NCBI GenBank assembly: GCA_012295275.1
Contig: CM022672.1
Span: 14,756,001 to 14,820,000 of the forward strand
Length of the DNA: 64,000 nt
From: Chrysomallon squamiferum
Taxonomy: Eukaryota; Animalia; Mollusca
Direction: 5' to 3'
Below, piece after piece: positions 1 through 16,053 of this stretch. The notes beneath the pieces were generated by a model. It saw nothing but the letters and a program-made list of their open reading frames with translations. It was not told where the DNA came from and made no database searches. Position 1 is the first letter of the stretch. Each line of letters begins with the position of its first letter. A program made the translations under genes and the position numbers.

Positions 1-495
1 ACCAAAACCTGATGGTGACCACGATAACGTCAGATTGCTATGCACATAATAAAACAAAATATCTGAGACGGTGGTAGATAGTAGCAGGTCAGGAAGGATG
101 GATTTCCTGCATCTGTGTGAGATGTACTGTTACTAGTGGAACACACTGAAACAAGTGGACGGTAATCGTGTTGACATGAGGATTGTCGAGTTGTTCAAGT
201 GATTAACAGTGTGTTGTTTTACTTGATTTACATTTTGCTGGATTTCCATACTGTATGGTGTTAATGTATGTAAGAGTGTGTGTGTATGTGTAAAAATAGA
301 AAAACTGACACAGAGAAACATGTCTATATATATACAGACAGACAGACATACAGATAGATAGATAGATAGATAGACAGACAGATATACATACATACATATA
401 CACACATACATACAGAGTGAGAGATAGATAAATATATTTTACATAGGTATGTGCATGTGTTTGTGTGTATGTTCTTTTCTCTTTCTCTCTCTCTC

Positions 496-534
<39 letters not shown>

Positions 535-949
535 AAGAGAGAGAGAAAAAATAAAATAAATGGACAGTTAAATAGACAGGTAGAGCTATCAACAGAAATA
601 CACATACAACACACAAACACACACACACATACATACATATACATACACACATACATACATACATACATACATACTTACATACATTCACACTGATAGATGA
701 AGCAAGAAAGCCTACCATACAAAAGAATTTTATTTTCATTCATCAAGTTCAAAAAATTAGCTTACAACTTATCAGGTTTGATCCTTTAACTCACTGTGTG
801 TCAAGCAAAGTCAACCAATTGAACATAGATTGCATAATATCAGCAGGGTGTATTGTATTTAAATCTTTGTAGAAATGTAATAATATAGCTGTGTGCATTA
901 TCTAATAATTAAAATTAATTGATGGTTAATGTATTTATTCTTTGTATTG

Positions 950-1005
<56 letters not shown>

Positions 1006-1027
1006 GTTACTATTACTATTATTATTA

Positions 1028-1084
<57 letters not shown>

Positions 1085-2153
1085 TAAGCAAATGATCATA
1101 ACAAACTGAGCTGTCATCAACAAACATTCTAAAATTATTGTTACAAATTGCTCAGAGATATTAAATAACAGTTTTATTCTGAAATAACTTTCATTATTTA
1201 AAAAATAAAATAATCATCTAATTCTCAGTGCACAGACTAAACTGAATATGTCAAATATGAGCAATTTAGTATTGTTAACAAAAAATAAAAAAATAAAAAA
1301 TGATTCTTCAAATATAGTTCTCCATCCATGGTTGTTTGAACAAAGGCTATTACAAGTTCAAATCTCTCCAGCAGAAGGTGTTTATAAAAAAAAATATATA
1401 TAAAAATAAAAATAAAAATAATAATAAATCAAATTTCCATACTACTAAGCCTTCTCCATCAGGAAAAAAACAGATTAGTAAGAAACCTTTATTATATGAC
1501 AATAAAACAATTGCTTGAATTATCTGAATTTTTTTTTTATGTTTAATATATATGTATACTCTGAAGCCAACAGTAAAACACTAAAATTGTTTTTTTTTTT
1601 TTAAATGGGGGAAAGAATGGTAAGTAAATCCTCAGTCTGACAGGATATTTGTTTTTTTTAAATTATCATAACAACAAATTTTCAATATTGGTAACCAAAA
1701 ACTTCCACTTAATGCATACAAAATGTATTTAAACCATATGTTTCTCTTTGAAGTAAACAGCATGAACATCTAGATCATTTGCACTGCTTAGAAATTTATA
1801 AAATGTCTTTAGACCACTTAGCAATATACAAATTGTGTATTTATAGAATTCAAAGGACTAGGAAGTATACATATAAAGTATTTCGACCATATGTATCACT
1901 TTAATGCTATTTTTATAAAACTATTTTAAAATTTTAATACAGCTCATTCTTGTACCTAGCCTGTTTAAAAAATCCACCCAAAATATATTTTATGTTTGAT
2001 TGCTTTTATATTTTCTGTTCTTGTGAAAAAATTGAATGAATAAAAAATTATAACAAGTTATAACTTTGTGTAACATAAATGTGACGTCAGGCGACTTGTA
2101 GGGCCATCAGAGAGTTAATGTATAACTATTTAAACCATTTGTACCATTTTGAA

Positions 2154-2195
<42 letters not shown>

Positions 2196-2396
2196 TTTAG
2201 GTAATTTGTACCATTTTGAGTAAATATTTAGAGTAATTGTACCACATTTTAGACCATCTGTAATTTCTTTGAAAGAGATATATAATGTATTTAGAAGATT
2301 TCATTAAGTGTACCAGTTAGATTTACAATTTTTATTTATACCTTTTTTATCACTTAGAAGTATGAAACATATATTTAGACCTATTACACCACTTAG

Positions 2397-2427
<31 letters not shown>

Positions 2428-2601
2428 TCGAGATAGATAGATAAATCGATCGATAGATAGATAAACAGATAAATAGATACACAAACAGATAATGTATTTA
2501 CTCTATTTGTACCACAAAACACAGAAGCAGCTTTGTCTGTGCAAAGGTACCCTTTAATTACAACATAATTAAAAACACCTATAATAACAACAACCCCCCC
2601 C

Positions 2602-2641
<40 letters not shown>

Positions 2642-3285
2642 AAAACAACTTTCTACTGAATGAACAGTGAGAAGTGTACTAACTGCCTCAGTACCAACTG
2701 AACCTCATAAACAAACAGACGTAACAACACTCACTTGGTACAAATTAAAACCTACCTCTACACAGAAGCCAGTAATTTCCTTACAGCCCACTTCCTTTTC
2801 TAAAATTTCATCAGCTCCGGCAGCTCTGCAATCCCTGGCGAAATTCCACAGCAAGGCTGAAATCCCTCTGTCTACAGTGTTATTGTTAAACCAAACACAA
2901 AAACTGTCGTCTTCAACTCCTGGTTGACTGAAATAATGAAAACGAGCAGCAACACAGAATGCTGCTACTCCCTGTTTATTTTGTCTGTGGAAACAAAACA
3001 AGTTGTGGATTTTTTATTGGTGTTTTTTTTTTTTTTTTTTTTCACCTTAGAGGTGATAGATAGAAAGATGTTACAGTATAAAAGTGTTTGTCAGGTTTTT
3101 GTGGTATTTATGTTGTTTTGTTTTGTTTTGTTAATTAATTACTTTATTTTGTTATTTATTGTGTTTTACTTTGTTTATTTTATTTTATTTTGTTATTTAT
3201 TTATTTTATTTTGTTATTTTATTTCATTTAAGTTATTTTTTTTTATTTCATTTTTTTTGTTATTTTATTTATTTTATTTTATTTT

Positions 3286-3316
<31 letters not shown>

Positions 3317-5052
3317 TGTTTATTTTATTTTATTTTATTTTATTTTATTTTATTTTATTTTATTTTATTTTATTTTATTTAATTTATTTTTTTCAATGCT
3401 GATATGATAAACAGAAAGGGCTGTAACCTGGAAGTTTGTGAAACTATCAATCAAAACAACATTTTTATTTCAACAATTTATCATTAAAACAAGAAACAGA
3501 AATAAACTTCTCAGAAGTCAAGTTATTAATTTTCTTTTTACATAGTTGAATGACAAGAAGAAAATTTTGAAGTATATTTTTCAAATTTCAAAAAAAAATA
3601 AAAATAAAAATAAAATAAAATAAATAAGTAAATAAGTGTTATTTTATAAAATCCAGTAAAAAAACAAAACTTTTTTCTTCTTTTGCCTAATGTTTACTGT
3701 AAAATAAACACACACACACACACACACACAGACACACAAAATCCCCCACCCCCAAGCAAAAGCCAACAAATTACAAGACAATTCTCTTAACCTATTTTTC
3801 TGACAAGAAAATATAATTGTTATGCTGTCAGTAGTTCTCTATCAAAACAAACAGATTTTATCTACAACAGTTCAACAACAAAAAAAAATTCTTAAACTTG
3901 TTTTCCAAAGAACTAGAAGAAATAAAAAAAAAAAATAATAATAATAATAAAAAAAGAAAGATTATTTTATTTACATGTTGGATTTACAGGAATTCGGAAA
4001 GATTTTTTTTTCTTTTCTTTCTTTCTTGCTTGCTTGCTTTAGAAATGAAAAGAAACAAAATATTTCTTGTGTAACACCCACACTTTGTAAGCAAACAGCT
4101 GTTACCAAATGATCAGAGTTTGGTCAGTGCATTAAGAAAAGTACTGCTCTGACTTTTTAAAGAAAAATTGGTATGGACTGTAGCTCATTGGTGTTTGACC
4201 TGAATAATGCTTGGTCACAGGATCAATTCTTCTTAGGTTTATGTGTTTCCCTATTTACCATTACAACCAATAACTCATAACTAACTATTCAACATTTTTA
4301 ATGTGTGTTCTTTCCTAACGCAGAGAAGGCGTATAATCATTAAAAGATAGCTTGCTGCTTTACTGGCAACAACAGACTTCCTCTGTCCTAACATAATCAT
4401 CCTTGTTGTCATCACAACACAACAGAGAGCAGTGGGTTTCTTTTCTTTTTATCATCATTAACATCACTACAACTGAATCATTAATGTCAGAAGTGTCCAG
4501 ATGGTGTTCATGTGAATGAGAAATGTTTTTGTGAGTTGAAATAAACAACAACTTATTCTAATCACAGTTTAAGTAAGAGAAAATTAGTTCTGCACATGGC
4601 TAATTTCTGAGTATTTTCTGATCAATAAATAAAATGAAAATATTTGCTAATTAGACTGACAGGTGGACAGACGGAAAAACAGACAGAATGATTGATTTAT
4701 CTGGAAGCAGGTTTGGGCAGATTTGAGGACAGGTAGGCAGATAAGTAGATACAGACAGACTGACAGACAAAAAGACAGATTACATATGTATATATACACA
4801 TATACATACATATACATACAAACAAACACACATACACAAAGAGAGAAAGTCAGCGAGACAGAGGCAGAGACAGACAGACATAATTAAGGGTTATTTTCTT
4901 CAAGATGTTAGTTAACACAAAATTATAATATTAATCCAAAAATAATTCGGAAATAAATCATTGTAATTGAACATGTACAACTAACTATAATGGGTTAATT
5001 TATTTACAAAAATATCTTTAATAAATAAATAAATACATATATATATATATAC

Positions 5053-5088
<36 letters not shown>

Positions 5089-6180
5089 ATACATCCATAT
5101 ATACAGATACATATACACACACACACATGCACACGCACACACACACACTCACACACATTCTACAGTGGCCTAATTATAGACCACCAAGCAGTTATAATGG
5201 CCTATGAATGTAAAGTAGACGCTGTGGTGTTAAAATCACTGTTGAATGGTTACAGTGGGGTCCTTGCTGTTGTTGCTGAGAATGGTATGACAATTCTCAG
5301 GTCATTAAAACTGGCCTTGAGTCTGTAACAAAGCAAATATAAAGAAAAGAAAAGAAAAAACCCTTTAAAACCCAATACAATACAATTCACTCAAAAATAC
5401 GGTATAACATAAAAAAAGAAAAAGAAAAATACAATACAAAACGAGATGACAAAATACAATAGAATATACTGAACAATGTGACATGCCACCACAATGCAGT
5501 ACAAAACATCAGTTGATTCACCTCCTTAGTAAATCCCTATATTTCTTTTTTCTTTTCTTTTCTTTTTTCTCCCAGTTTAAACTGATACTAACTGCTGTGT
5601 ATTTACCAAGAATTAAAGTGTTTCCCCCCTGTGTTAATACCACCAAACACATAATAAATAAAATAAATATATATATATGTTCATCCATCTTGCACACTGA
5701 AACAGAATTCTTATATAGACCCAAACAGCTGTGTACAAACTTGTGTTCAAAATGTCATACGTAATGGAAAAAAATAAAAAAAATAAAGAAAAAAAATGAA
5801 TATTTACTAAATGGAAATAAAAACATGGAAAAAGGTGTCCAAATTGTTAACTGCACTTTTTAGTGACAAGCTGAGGTGTTTAGCTTTTCGAGGGTGGGCT
5901 CTTCAGATCTGTTTCATCTTGTGCATAAATTTGCAGCCTGTGATTAAAAATAGAATTCACAAGAACTTCACAAGATGGGTGTTTTGCTGGGCGACTGATG
6001 TTCTAAGTAGAATGGTTTTGTTGTGCTCACAGTAAACAGGAGAAATAAAAAGAGGAAGATAAATAGGCTGTACTGGTTCTTCCTATAACTCCTGATTCAG
6101 TTGGTTTAATTTAAATTAAATTTCAGTTATGGTGAATACTCTGTGGTTTAACAACACTTCAGTATGTTTTTTATATTAAC

Positions 6181-6255
<75 letters not shown>

Positions 6256-6828
6256 ACATTATTTGTGTATGTATCTATATTTACATAAATGTTTCTTTAA
6301 AAAAGAAGGTAATAGTTATGTATGAAAATGTACAATATTTCAGTACTATTAAGTAAAAATATCTGAAAAACATAACCTTTCAGTAATACATAGTTAAATG
6401 TGTAAAAATGTATAACATTTCAGGATTAACAAGTAAAACACACATATTTCTTTTTAAACAAAACATTAAAAAGATTATATATATGTAATAAAAAGGATGT
6501 ATTGAGAACATAAATAAAAATAAAATAGTGTAGTTCAAGCGATTTCCACAGATATCTGAATACAAAATTCAGATCAGTTAGAATAGTTCTGTAGATGTGT
6601 TTCTATGTATTGTAAACTTTTTAAAGATGATTTGAAAAATAAAGCACATAATGTGTGTGTGTATGTATAAATGTATAATAATAATCTCTATTTCTCTCTT
6701 TATAACTGTCTAATCTTTATTTAATAATCTGCATGTCCCTCCTCTCTCTCTCTCTCTATTCATACACTGTTTATTCAATAATCTCTATCTCTTTCTTTTT
6801 TTAACAGTCTAATCTTTGTTTAATAATC

Positions 6829-6901
<73 letters not shown>

Positions 6902-7308
6902 ATACACTCGTTATTTAATAATCTCTCACACACAAGCCAGTAACACTAACTCATCAAAACTATCGCTGCAACGTATAACCACACTCCATGCAATACGAAG
7001 AATTATTTGTTTTCGTAAGCCACGAAGAGAAGAGCATTTGATTTGTGACACCCTCTTTTAATACATCAGCTACACAACCTATTAAACAAATAACAGTTTA
7101 ATGTCTTGTTGTTGTAGCGTGCTATGCACCTATTACAAAACACTTGTGTGAATAGAAGGAGATGACAAAAATGACTGTAACAAAACAAGGCAACACCAGA
7201 CTGTGCCAGTCACAGAAAACACCCTTCAAATTGTATTCCCCAAATCATAACACTGGGAATATTCTCCATACAGTTGTTAATGATGTCAGAGGGGGTGGTG
7301 TTTATATA

Positions 7309-7356
<48 letters not shown>

Positions 7357-7556
7357 AAACAAACATATAGATTATACTAAAATAATATTTGTAACTGAGA
7401 ATAATGAAGAAGTTTTTATTAAATATATTTTCAACGAAAAGGTAGTAATAATTGTTATCAATATTTTTAATGAAAAAGATTTAATTTTTTTTTTTTTTTA
7501 CCCTTTTACATATATATGAAAGCAAAAACAATGGTATATATTTGAATAAAAATATC

Positions 7557-7657
<101 letters not shown>

Positions 7658-8399
7658 CAATTTCATCTTTTCAACATATTTCTAAAAGCAAGTACATTAT
7701 TTATAATAAAAAAAAATCCTGTTTCACTTTTTACTTACTTTTAATAACTAAAACTTTAACCAAGGGAAAAACAAAAAAATAAACAACCTCACCAACATCT
7801 GCAGAAAGAAAATTATTTAAAAAACATGTTTCTGAAAATCACACATTAGCTCACATTGGATTGATTTATGAGGAGGTACAGTTCTATGTCTGCATCATAT
7901 TTTATATCTATCTATATATCAATATAGTGCACAGTATGTAAAATTTATTGATATATTAATATCTATAAATTAAATAATATAAACTTATATTATTAAATTG
8001 TATATAATGTGTATCTATCTAACAAACTCTATATAACATCATTTTAAATATTAAGCTGTATATAACATCTATCTGTATATTAAACCAGTATGTATGTAAA
8101 TTCATCTGTATAGTAAACTGTATATATATATTAAATGGCATATAACACCTAGCTATATGTTAAACAGAATATGTATATTTGTATATTAAATAATATTTAA
8201 CTTCTCTCCATATAGCTGTATAAGTATATAACATATATCTATATACTAAATAATATCTATTGTAAATATGTAAATATTAAATAATACATAATATCTATCT
8301 ATATAAGTATATAATGAATATCTAAATATGAATAACATTAACTGACTATGTAATGTATATCTGTGCATTAAATATTTCTTATTACCTAAATTTTAAATT

Positions 8400-8830
8400 G
8401 TACATTACATCTATCTATATAAGTATATATCTAAATATTAAATAATATTTATCATTTATCTATATATTAAATAATATATATCTTTCCATATAAGTATGTA
8501 ATGTATATCTACATATTAAATCATATTTATTGTTTGTCTATATATTAAATAGTACATATCTTTTCATATAAGTATGTAATGTATATCTACATACTAAATA
8601 ATATTTATTGTTATCTCTATATTAAATAGTACATATCTTTTCTTATAAGTATGTAATGCATATCTACATATTAAATAATATTTATTGTTTATCTCTATAT
8701 TAAATAGTACACAATATATTTCCATATAAGTATGTAATGTGTACCTACATATTAAATAATATTTATTGTCTATCTATATATGAAATACTACATTATATCT
8801 ATGCAAGTATAGCTTATCTTCATATTAAAT
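8400..8830. repeat. AT-rich ~78-bp tandem repeat, about 5 copies with decayed flanks
   Basis: ataagtatgtaatg.atatctacata.taaataatatttattg recurs near 8490, 8568, 8645 and 8726. Confidence 0.85.
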
Positions 8831-10559
8831 ATTATTTATTGTGTATCTTTGCACATTAAATACTAAATGATATCTATCTACCTAAGTGCGTAACATATAT
8901 CTTCACATCACAGTGCGTAAAACTAATCTATACGTTAAAATACTAAAAGCAACAGGACTTGAGGAAAAACAATGATTTATTGTAGGTCAGGAGATTGAGG
9001 TTTATCTAGTCACAGGAATTTGTCCTAGCTATTGTTGTCAGGTTTCTACAGTGGATGGATGCAGCCTCAACATGTTTGTCACAGTTGAACTTCAACGAAG
9101 GTACGACTATAAAAACATTTATTTCTTACCCACTGGGGTGACAAGTCAGAATGTTATAGATCTGTTTTATCTTTTGTACAGCATATATATATATATATAT
9201 ATATATGAATGGATAGATGGATATGAACATGTGTGTATGTGTATGTATGTGTGTAGTATATATATATATGTATGAATGTTTTTATCTTGGTATGTGTATG
9301 TATATATCTAGGTAGGTAGGCTGGTATGTAGGTAGGCAGGTTTGTAGGTAGGTAGGAATATATATCGGTATGTATGTATTTATCTGAGTATATATGCATG
9401 TATGTGGGTGTGTGTGTGTGTGTGTATATTATTCTGCATGTTTCAGTGCATGTAACACATTATATGTAAATGAATTAACAGTTGAAATGATTTTAATGTT
9501 AATCACTGGTATGTATCAAATACAGCAGTACCTGTGAATCATATTATTAATCTCACAGCCTGATCATCAGTCAGATATTTTAGCTGACATTTTAACTGAT
9601 TTATAGTGTTGAAGAAATATACCTGTAGGCTAAAAAGAGAAATAATAATAACAATTATTAGTGAATAGTAAATAAAATTATAATAAAATAAAATAAATAT
9701 GACGACAAACTTCAAAATATGTATTAAGCAGACATTTTGTTAGATTTGGGCAAATATTCACATTCCTTAAGTCATTATATTCATTTTGATACCAATCCAG
9801 AACAGTTAATGTGACAAAGATGTAGAATATCAGTTATCATTGTATATCCTGAATAAATTAAACTAGCACCTTCAAAGAAAGGTTCTGAAAAGTCCTTCTT
9901 AAGCATGTTTTAGCAGGAAAAGTCATGATAATTGTATTGGAGTCATTAAAATTCACCATGTTTATTTATGTAGTCTCTTTTTTAAAAATTTAAAAATAGA
10001 AAAGTTACGGCTTAATGTCAAAGTTCAGTGTGGTGATTTAATTCCTGATGTGATGTTCAGGGTCACAAAATATAAAAATGACTGTGGTGACTCAGTTTAT
10101 TTACTTCATTTGCATCCAGTGTAAGCAACGAAACGTTGGGAATAAAACATTTCTTTTGTGTAGCTAACAAAAAAACAGATTCTTTAGTAAGTGCTTCATT
10201 CATTTATTTGCTTTTCTGTTTATAAGAAAGTATATAATAAAAGATCCTTTTCTTCTAACTGAAAAAGAAATGTTTTTTAATTTAAAATTCTAATTACTTA
10301 TATACATACATACTTACATACATACGTACATATAAATATACATCCATAACATCCATCACACAAACACACCTATTAATTCATCAGCATTCAACACCTTGTA
10401 GTTTTTAGTCGTTATTAAACGCAGGTAATAAATCGCATCAGTGACCACCACGCCATTGTTTACCCTTCTGGATACACACTTGACCTAAGAAGGACTTTTT
10501 CTCAGTTACTGTCATCTGACCACTCGGGTGTGGGGGGGGACACACACATCACAATACTA

Positions 10560-10878
10560 CTTCTCAATACTGACCACCATTTCGTTTCAGTCCTCACTAT
10601 ACATCTCTGGTACAACAGCCAGAGAGGGAAAGTACTGCTGCTGAACTATAAAGTCATTGTGCAGTGTTTTCTCTAATGTGTGTCCAGTTGTTTGGTATCA
10701 CTTGGTGCAGTGGGCAGAGTTGCTGTACATAGTACGTGGGTGTGGGTGTGGGGTGATCGCAGTTACAATACGACCAGGGAGATAAAAAGCAGATCAAACC
10801 CTAGACAAGCATTCATTTCTTTTTGAGGACGGCTTTGTGGAACAACGACAGTCAAATGAAGATGACGATGTTGTGTAG
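10560..10878 (+). other. Candidate upstream first or alternative 5' exon (5' boundary approximate)
   Basis: Locally GC-richer non-repetitive block ending at a consensus AG|GTAAGT donor at 10879. Confidence 0.35.
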
Positions 10879-11060
10879 GTAAGTTAGACGTTTGATTAAA
10901 TGTTTTGAAGTACACAGTGGTGATGATGATGATGATGATGATGATAATGATGATGTGTTATTTTATATGTCTTGGTAAGTTATACTTTTTTATTAAAATG
11001 TTTAGAAATACACAGTAATGATGATGATGTGTTATTTTATATGTCTAGGTAAGTTAGGTT
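10860..11060 (+). repeat. Three-copy tandem duplication spanning a GTAAGT donor motif
   Basis: g|gtaagtta...aaatgttt..aa.tacacagt..tgatgatgatgtgttattttatatgtct repeated, with GT at 10879, 10975 and 11049. Confidence 0.85.
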
Positions 11061-11622
11061 ATTTTATTACCATTTTTAAAAATTCAGTCTGTTATTTCTT
11101 ACTTTTTAACTACAAACTAATTGTTTTTTAATCTGTGTTAATTTTGTTTAAATACAAACTAATTGTAATTTAGATTTCTGTTAGGTGTATTAAAATGTGT
11201 ACTATTTGCAGTTTATATTTCAAAAATTATTGTTAAATCTAAACAATATGTAATTTAGATTATTATTAATTTGTAACTGAAATTTTATTAACAATTGTTA
11301 AACTGACATCATTTTTAAGTTAGAATTCATTGACTGATATTGAATCTGTATCAAAGTAACATAGATTTGTTTCACTATTTTTAAATCTGAATCATGTTAA
11401 AATAATTTTTTCTCGACTATTTTTAAAATGAACCATGTATCGTGTGTCTTTGATACACATAATCCATCAACTTGATACAGATACTGTCAGTCAGTTACAA
11501 ATTATATATATATATATATATATAGCATCTTTTCCATACTAAGTAAGTTCAATTACAAATTGTATATATTATTTTATATTTATATAGCATCTTTTCCATA
11601 CTAAGTCAGTTCAATTACAAAT

Positions 11623-11654
<32 letters not shown>

Positions 11655-11952
11655 GCTCAATATATATATTATATTATACCATATTTATATAGCACCTTTT
11701 CCATTCTAAGAAAGTTCAAGGGTACTTTACAGGATAGAGGTTATAGGGGTATACATGTTGTGTGGGTTCTGATCAAAGGGAGTATCTGTTTAGGGCATGG
11801 TCCAATTAGAGGCTATAGCAGTCTTAGCTTTAGACAAACTCTGTTCAAAGGTTTTAATAGTACTACTGAGTTCTAAATAACAGACCTACTCAGAAGCTGA
11901 AATGGTTTTAATTCTGGGGCAGGAGTTGACAATGAATGCAAAGCCAAAACCA

Positions 11953-12140
11953 TATTTAACAACACTTTATGGTTATATTTAACAACACTTTATGGTTATA
12001 TTTAACAACACTTTATGGTTATATTTAACAATATTTAACAACACTTTATGGTTATATTTAACAATATTTAACAACACTTTACTGTTATATTTAACAATAT
12101 TTAACAACACTTTATGGTTATATTTAACAACATTTAACAT
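11953..12140. repeat. Minisatellite with 22-bp and 33-bp variants (atatttaacaacactttatggtt)
   Basis: Direct tandem copies are visible; they give the VLLNIVKYNHK periodic ORF. Confidence 0.92.
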
Positions 12141-12689
12141 AACTGAGAAAATAGTTTTGACCTCATAGTCCAAAGACAGGATAGTAATGTCAAATATAGT
12201 TTCTTATGTAAAATGACTTTAGATAGGAAACCCAGTATTGCTACTGCACACATTACTCTTGCTGTTTAGCAGTAAAGTACCTTTAGTCTACAACTTCCCA
12301 CAGACAGTAAAGAACTTGCTAACACATATTAGATAAACTAATGGATGTAACAATAAAGTTGAAATTTGCAATCCCCAATGCTGTAGAGAAGTAATTTGAC
12401 CATTACACCATATCTCACTCTTGTTTTTGTTTTTTTGTTTTCATTCAGACAACTGGTAAAGTATAATCAGAATAAAATACCTAACTGAAAGAACAGCACA
12501 AACCATATTCTTTTAGCCTTTGTCTTAAGCTTTTCAATGGAATCTGGTTTTTTGATTACAGCTAAACAAATGGAAGGATACTAATTTTAACAGTCTCACC
12601 AGATCCACCATCACAAATCTTTAAGATTTCTAAAGAGAGAAATTTGTGAATTATTTTTTTTTAATCCTATTAAAATGTTTGTTTTTTTC

Positions 12690-12886
12690 TTGATATATAT
12701 AAAAAATAGATGAAGTAGGTTCATATTAAAAAATGTGATATTTTCCTGTTATATATCAAAAATAGCTGAAGTAGGTCATATTAAAAATAATGATATTCTT
12801 TCTTGATATATATATATATCAAAAATAAATGAAGTAGGTTCATATTAAAAATGTGATATTTTCCTGTTATATATCAAAAAATATAT

Positions 12887-12924
<38 letters not shown>

Positions 12925-13030
12925 CAAAAATAGATGAACTAAGTTCATATTAAAAGTTTTGATATTTTCTTCTTATATATCAAAAATAGATGAAGTAGGT
13001 CATATTAAAAATAATGATATTCTTTCCTGA
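12690..13030. repeat. ~60-bp tandem repeat (atatcaaaaatagatgaagtaggttcatattaaaaa...), about 5 copies
   Basis: tgaagtagg(t)tcatattaaaa recurs near 12711, 12767, 12830, 12935 and 12991. Confidence 0.88.
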
Positions 13031-15224
13031 TAAAGTACAATTAAAATAAAATATATTTCTTTTTTTTCCACATGATTCACTGCTCTCACCCCACCCATGT
13101 CCTGTGTTAAGTTACACTTTGGATCCTCCCAAACTTCATGTTTTGAAAAACCGTAGATTATATTTAACCTGGTGTTTAAATAAAAAATATATATATATAT
13201 ATTTTATACTGCATAGCCCACATATCTATTATCTGCCTCTTCATTTAATATATGAAATGACTCGTAAAACAGGTAAAATTGCAAGTGTCAGTGGATTGAA
13301 GAGCTTGTGTAAAGGTAAATCACTTGATGTTATGAGTGCGTCATACAATTTATAGCTGTCATTTCTGCTTTGCTAGGCAGTTTTTAAATGGAACAATGAT
13401 AAGGATTTCATTGTCAAGACTATATATACCTTATCTTAATACTGAAAAAAAAAAAAAAAATAAATAAATAAATAAATAAAATTAATATTAAAAAGAAACA
13501 GCAGGGTGGAGAATTACAAAGAAAATTAAGCTTTTATTAACATTCTTTGGAATGGGAAATTGCTCATTTGGTAAAAAAAAAAAAACAAGTCTTGATCTTG
13601 AAACCTCATAAAGCTCTGTAGGAGGAATCTAACCAGAGACAACTATGAATTATTTTTTATCAATTAGCAGAAAATTATATTAGATATAATATACTGATAA
13701 ACTAAATGTGGAGCACTGGCTGGAATGGTAAATAACTAAACCACACTACTGACGAGGATTGATCCTGTGACATAATGTACCTCAGCACAGTACTCTAAAC
13801 ACTGATATATGATTCCACTCAAAGAATAAAATATATACAGAAAGATCATCTAGAAGTTTTTCTTTACATGGTCTTGTCTTTGGAATGAAAATGATATAAG
13901 GTAAATAACGATATTAATACTGACGTCAAAACAGTTTTTGTTTCACACGCCCACTGATAGGGTCTTGAGGGCCCTCAGGCTTCTCTTCAAATTACACAAC
14001 AGATTATGCAAATCAAATGGGTAGATAAAGAAACTGTAGGCTATGTGACACTTTTAAATGTAACCTTTGATTCTTCGTGTGTGAATGTAGAATTTGGGTG
14101 GGGGTAGTAACAGTATATTACATCATCCAAATAAAACATATGTTATTACAGTCGAATGAACTTAATACTTGTGATTGAAAAAAAAAAAAAAAAAAAATCA
14201 GTGTAGGCTGAAATAATTTACATTTCAGTAATACAAAGTAAAATATCAATAACTTTTATTGCTGCATTACACAAAAAATGTAAAAAAAAAAAAATGAAAG
14301 AAAGAAAGAAGTAACATTTAAGTATTATTATTTTTTTTTTTTAAAAGTAATATTTCGTTATTTCATAGTACAACATGTATAAATGTACAACATTTCTTTA
14401 TTACTAAGAAATATTTCTGAAACATTTCAACGATGACATATTAATAATTTGTGTCAAAATGTACAACATTCAGTATTATTAAGTAATACATGTGAAATAT
14501 TAAAATATTTTCAGTATTACTTAGTAACCTATCTAATATTCTTTAGCCATATTGGACAGCAACATCTAAACTCTACCTGAGAATTTAAATTTATCATACA
14601 ACCAAATTTTTATCTCCTTATCTTACACAAATATTTATATATCCCAGATAAGCATTACCTTGACCGAAATCATATTTAAAATGATTATGGCTGTTTTTTA
14701 AATTTTACGGAATGTTAATACACAAAACAATCAAACTGTATCCACAAACATACACTAAACAAAACAATATCCTCCACCCACATATACACCAACAAACAAC
14801 ACCTTCCCATCCACACATATACACACACACAAACATACAAACTGAGACAAACTGCTATATCAAATAATAAGAAACTATTAGTTTGGATTTACCACAGTTG
14901 TTGACTTCATACTACTGCTTTCATATATATATATATATATATCTGAAAAGAGAAAAAATGAAAGGGTTATTTGGGGTTCACGTAAAATGGCTGTTGAGTT
15001 TAACAAAACCTGATGTCTGGTTCTTTTGCTGGTGTTGACAAAATGCTCACACAGGTAAATGTGTGAAGTGGAGGGTGTCTCTAGTGTAATGAAGTAAGAA
15101 ACTCTAACTTGTTTATTTCTTTGTAAACCAACCGGTGGATTAAGCTGGATCTCACGGATTTCAGTGAAATAGCTAAAACCTTTCGTTGGGAATTCCTAGT
15201 TCTGTTTTAGGTTCAGAGAGACAA

Positions 15225-15465
15225 TACCAAACCTACCTAAACCTTGGTTAGATATCTTTCAACCTAGACCTAACTAAGCCTTAAATGTGGGATTCTACAC
15301 CCACCTAATCCTTTGCTTGGAGATCCTGATTCTATCTTTGGCTTAGGGATTGATCCTAAACCTATTTAAGCCTTGGATTAGGGATGCTAAACCAACTTAG
15401 ATGAAGGATCTGAAACCTACCTAAGCCTTGGTATCTAAGGATCAGAGGCCTACCGAAGCCTTGAT
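15225..15465. repeat. Degenerate ~40-bp repeat (acctacctaagccttgg...gat)
   Basis: cctacctaaaccttgg, cctaactaagcctt, cctatttaagccttgg, cctacctaagccttgg, cctaccgaagccttg. Confidence 0.7.
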
Positions 15466-16053
15466 CATTTTATCATTATTGTCAGATTTATAAATTTTTA
15501 TAATTTGATGAATAACAGTACTGCTGCATTATGTAATTAGACACAACAAAGCATATAACCAATAAAAAAAAATTAAATTTACTTAATAAAAGCTATCTTA
15601 AACCTTCAACATTTCATTCAGAGCTCAAACGTTGTTCAGACAAAATATAATGAAAAAGTAATGATTATATATAATCATATAACCTTCAAATAAGATTATC
15701 TCTAAGTCTACTTCTAGTTTAGATTCTTAACCACATTCTAACCCAAACCCTTTCTCTAATTCAAAGTCTAATCTTAGCCCTAATTCTAACTCAAATTCTT
15801 AATCAGACTTTAATCCTAATGCTAACTCTAAAACTGACACATAAAACTTAAATGGAATATTTTTATTCTTTTTTTTTTTTTTTTTTTTTTTTCTTTAAAA
15901 AATATTTTATGGAAAAGGAAGCTAGCCAGAAATTTTAAAAGGTTTTGTATTCATCAGTTTTTCATATCAGGAAGAAGAAACACACACACACACACACACA
16001 CACAAATAAAATGAGTTGTTTTAAATCTGATATCTGTTATGGTTTTCTTACAG

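Noticed and set aside
133-739. ORFs of up to 178 aa at the window start
   Set aside because: Made of GATA/CA/CT/TA microsatellites.
2667-3001. Overlapping 86-aa and 98-aa ORFs in a non-repetitive patch
   Set aside because: No recognisable domain or convincing donor/acceptor pair. It could be UTR or regulatory sequence, but I cannot support a call.
15715-15835. Telomere-like (TAACCC)-type hexamer run
   Set aside because: Too degenerate to call an interstitial telomere; more likely a decayed simple repeat.
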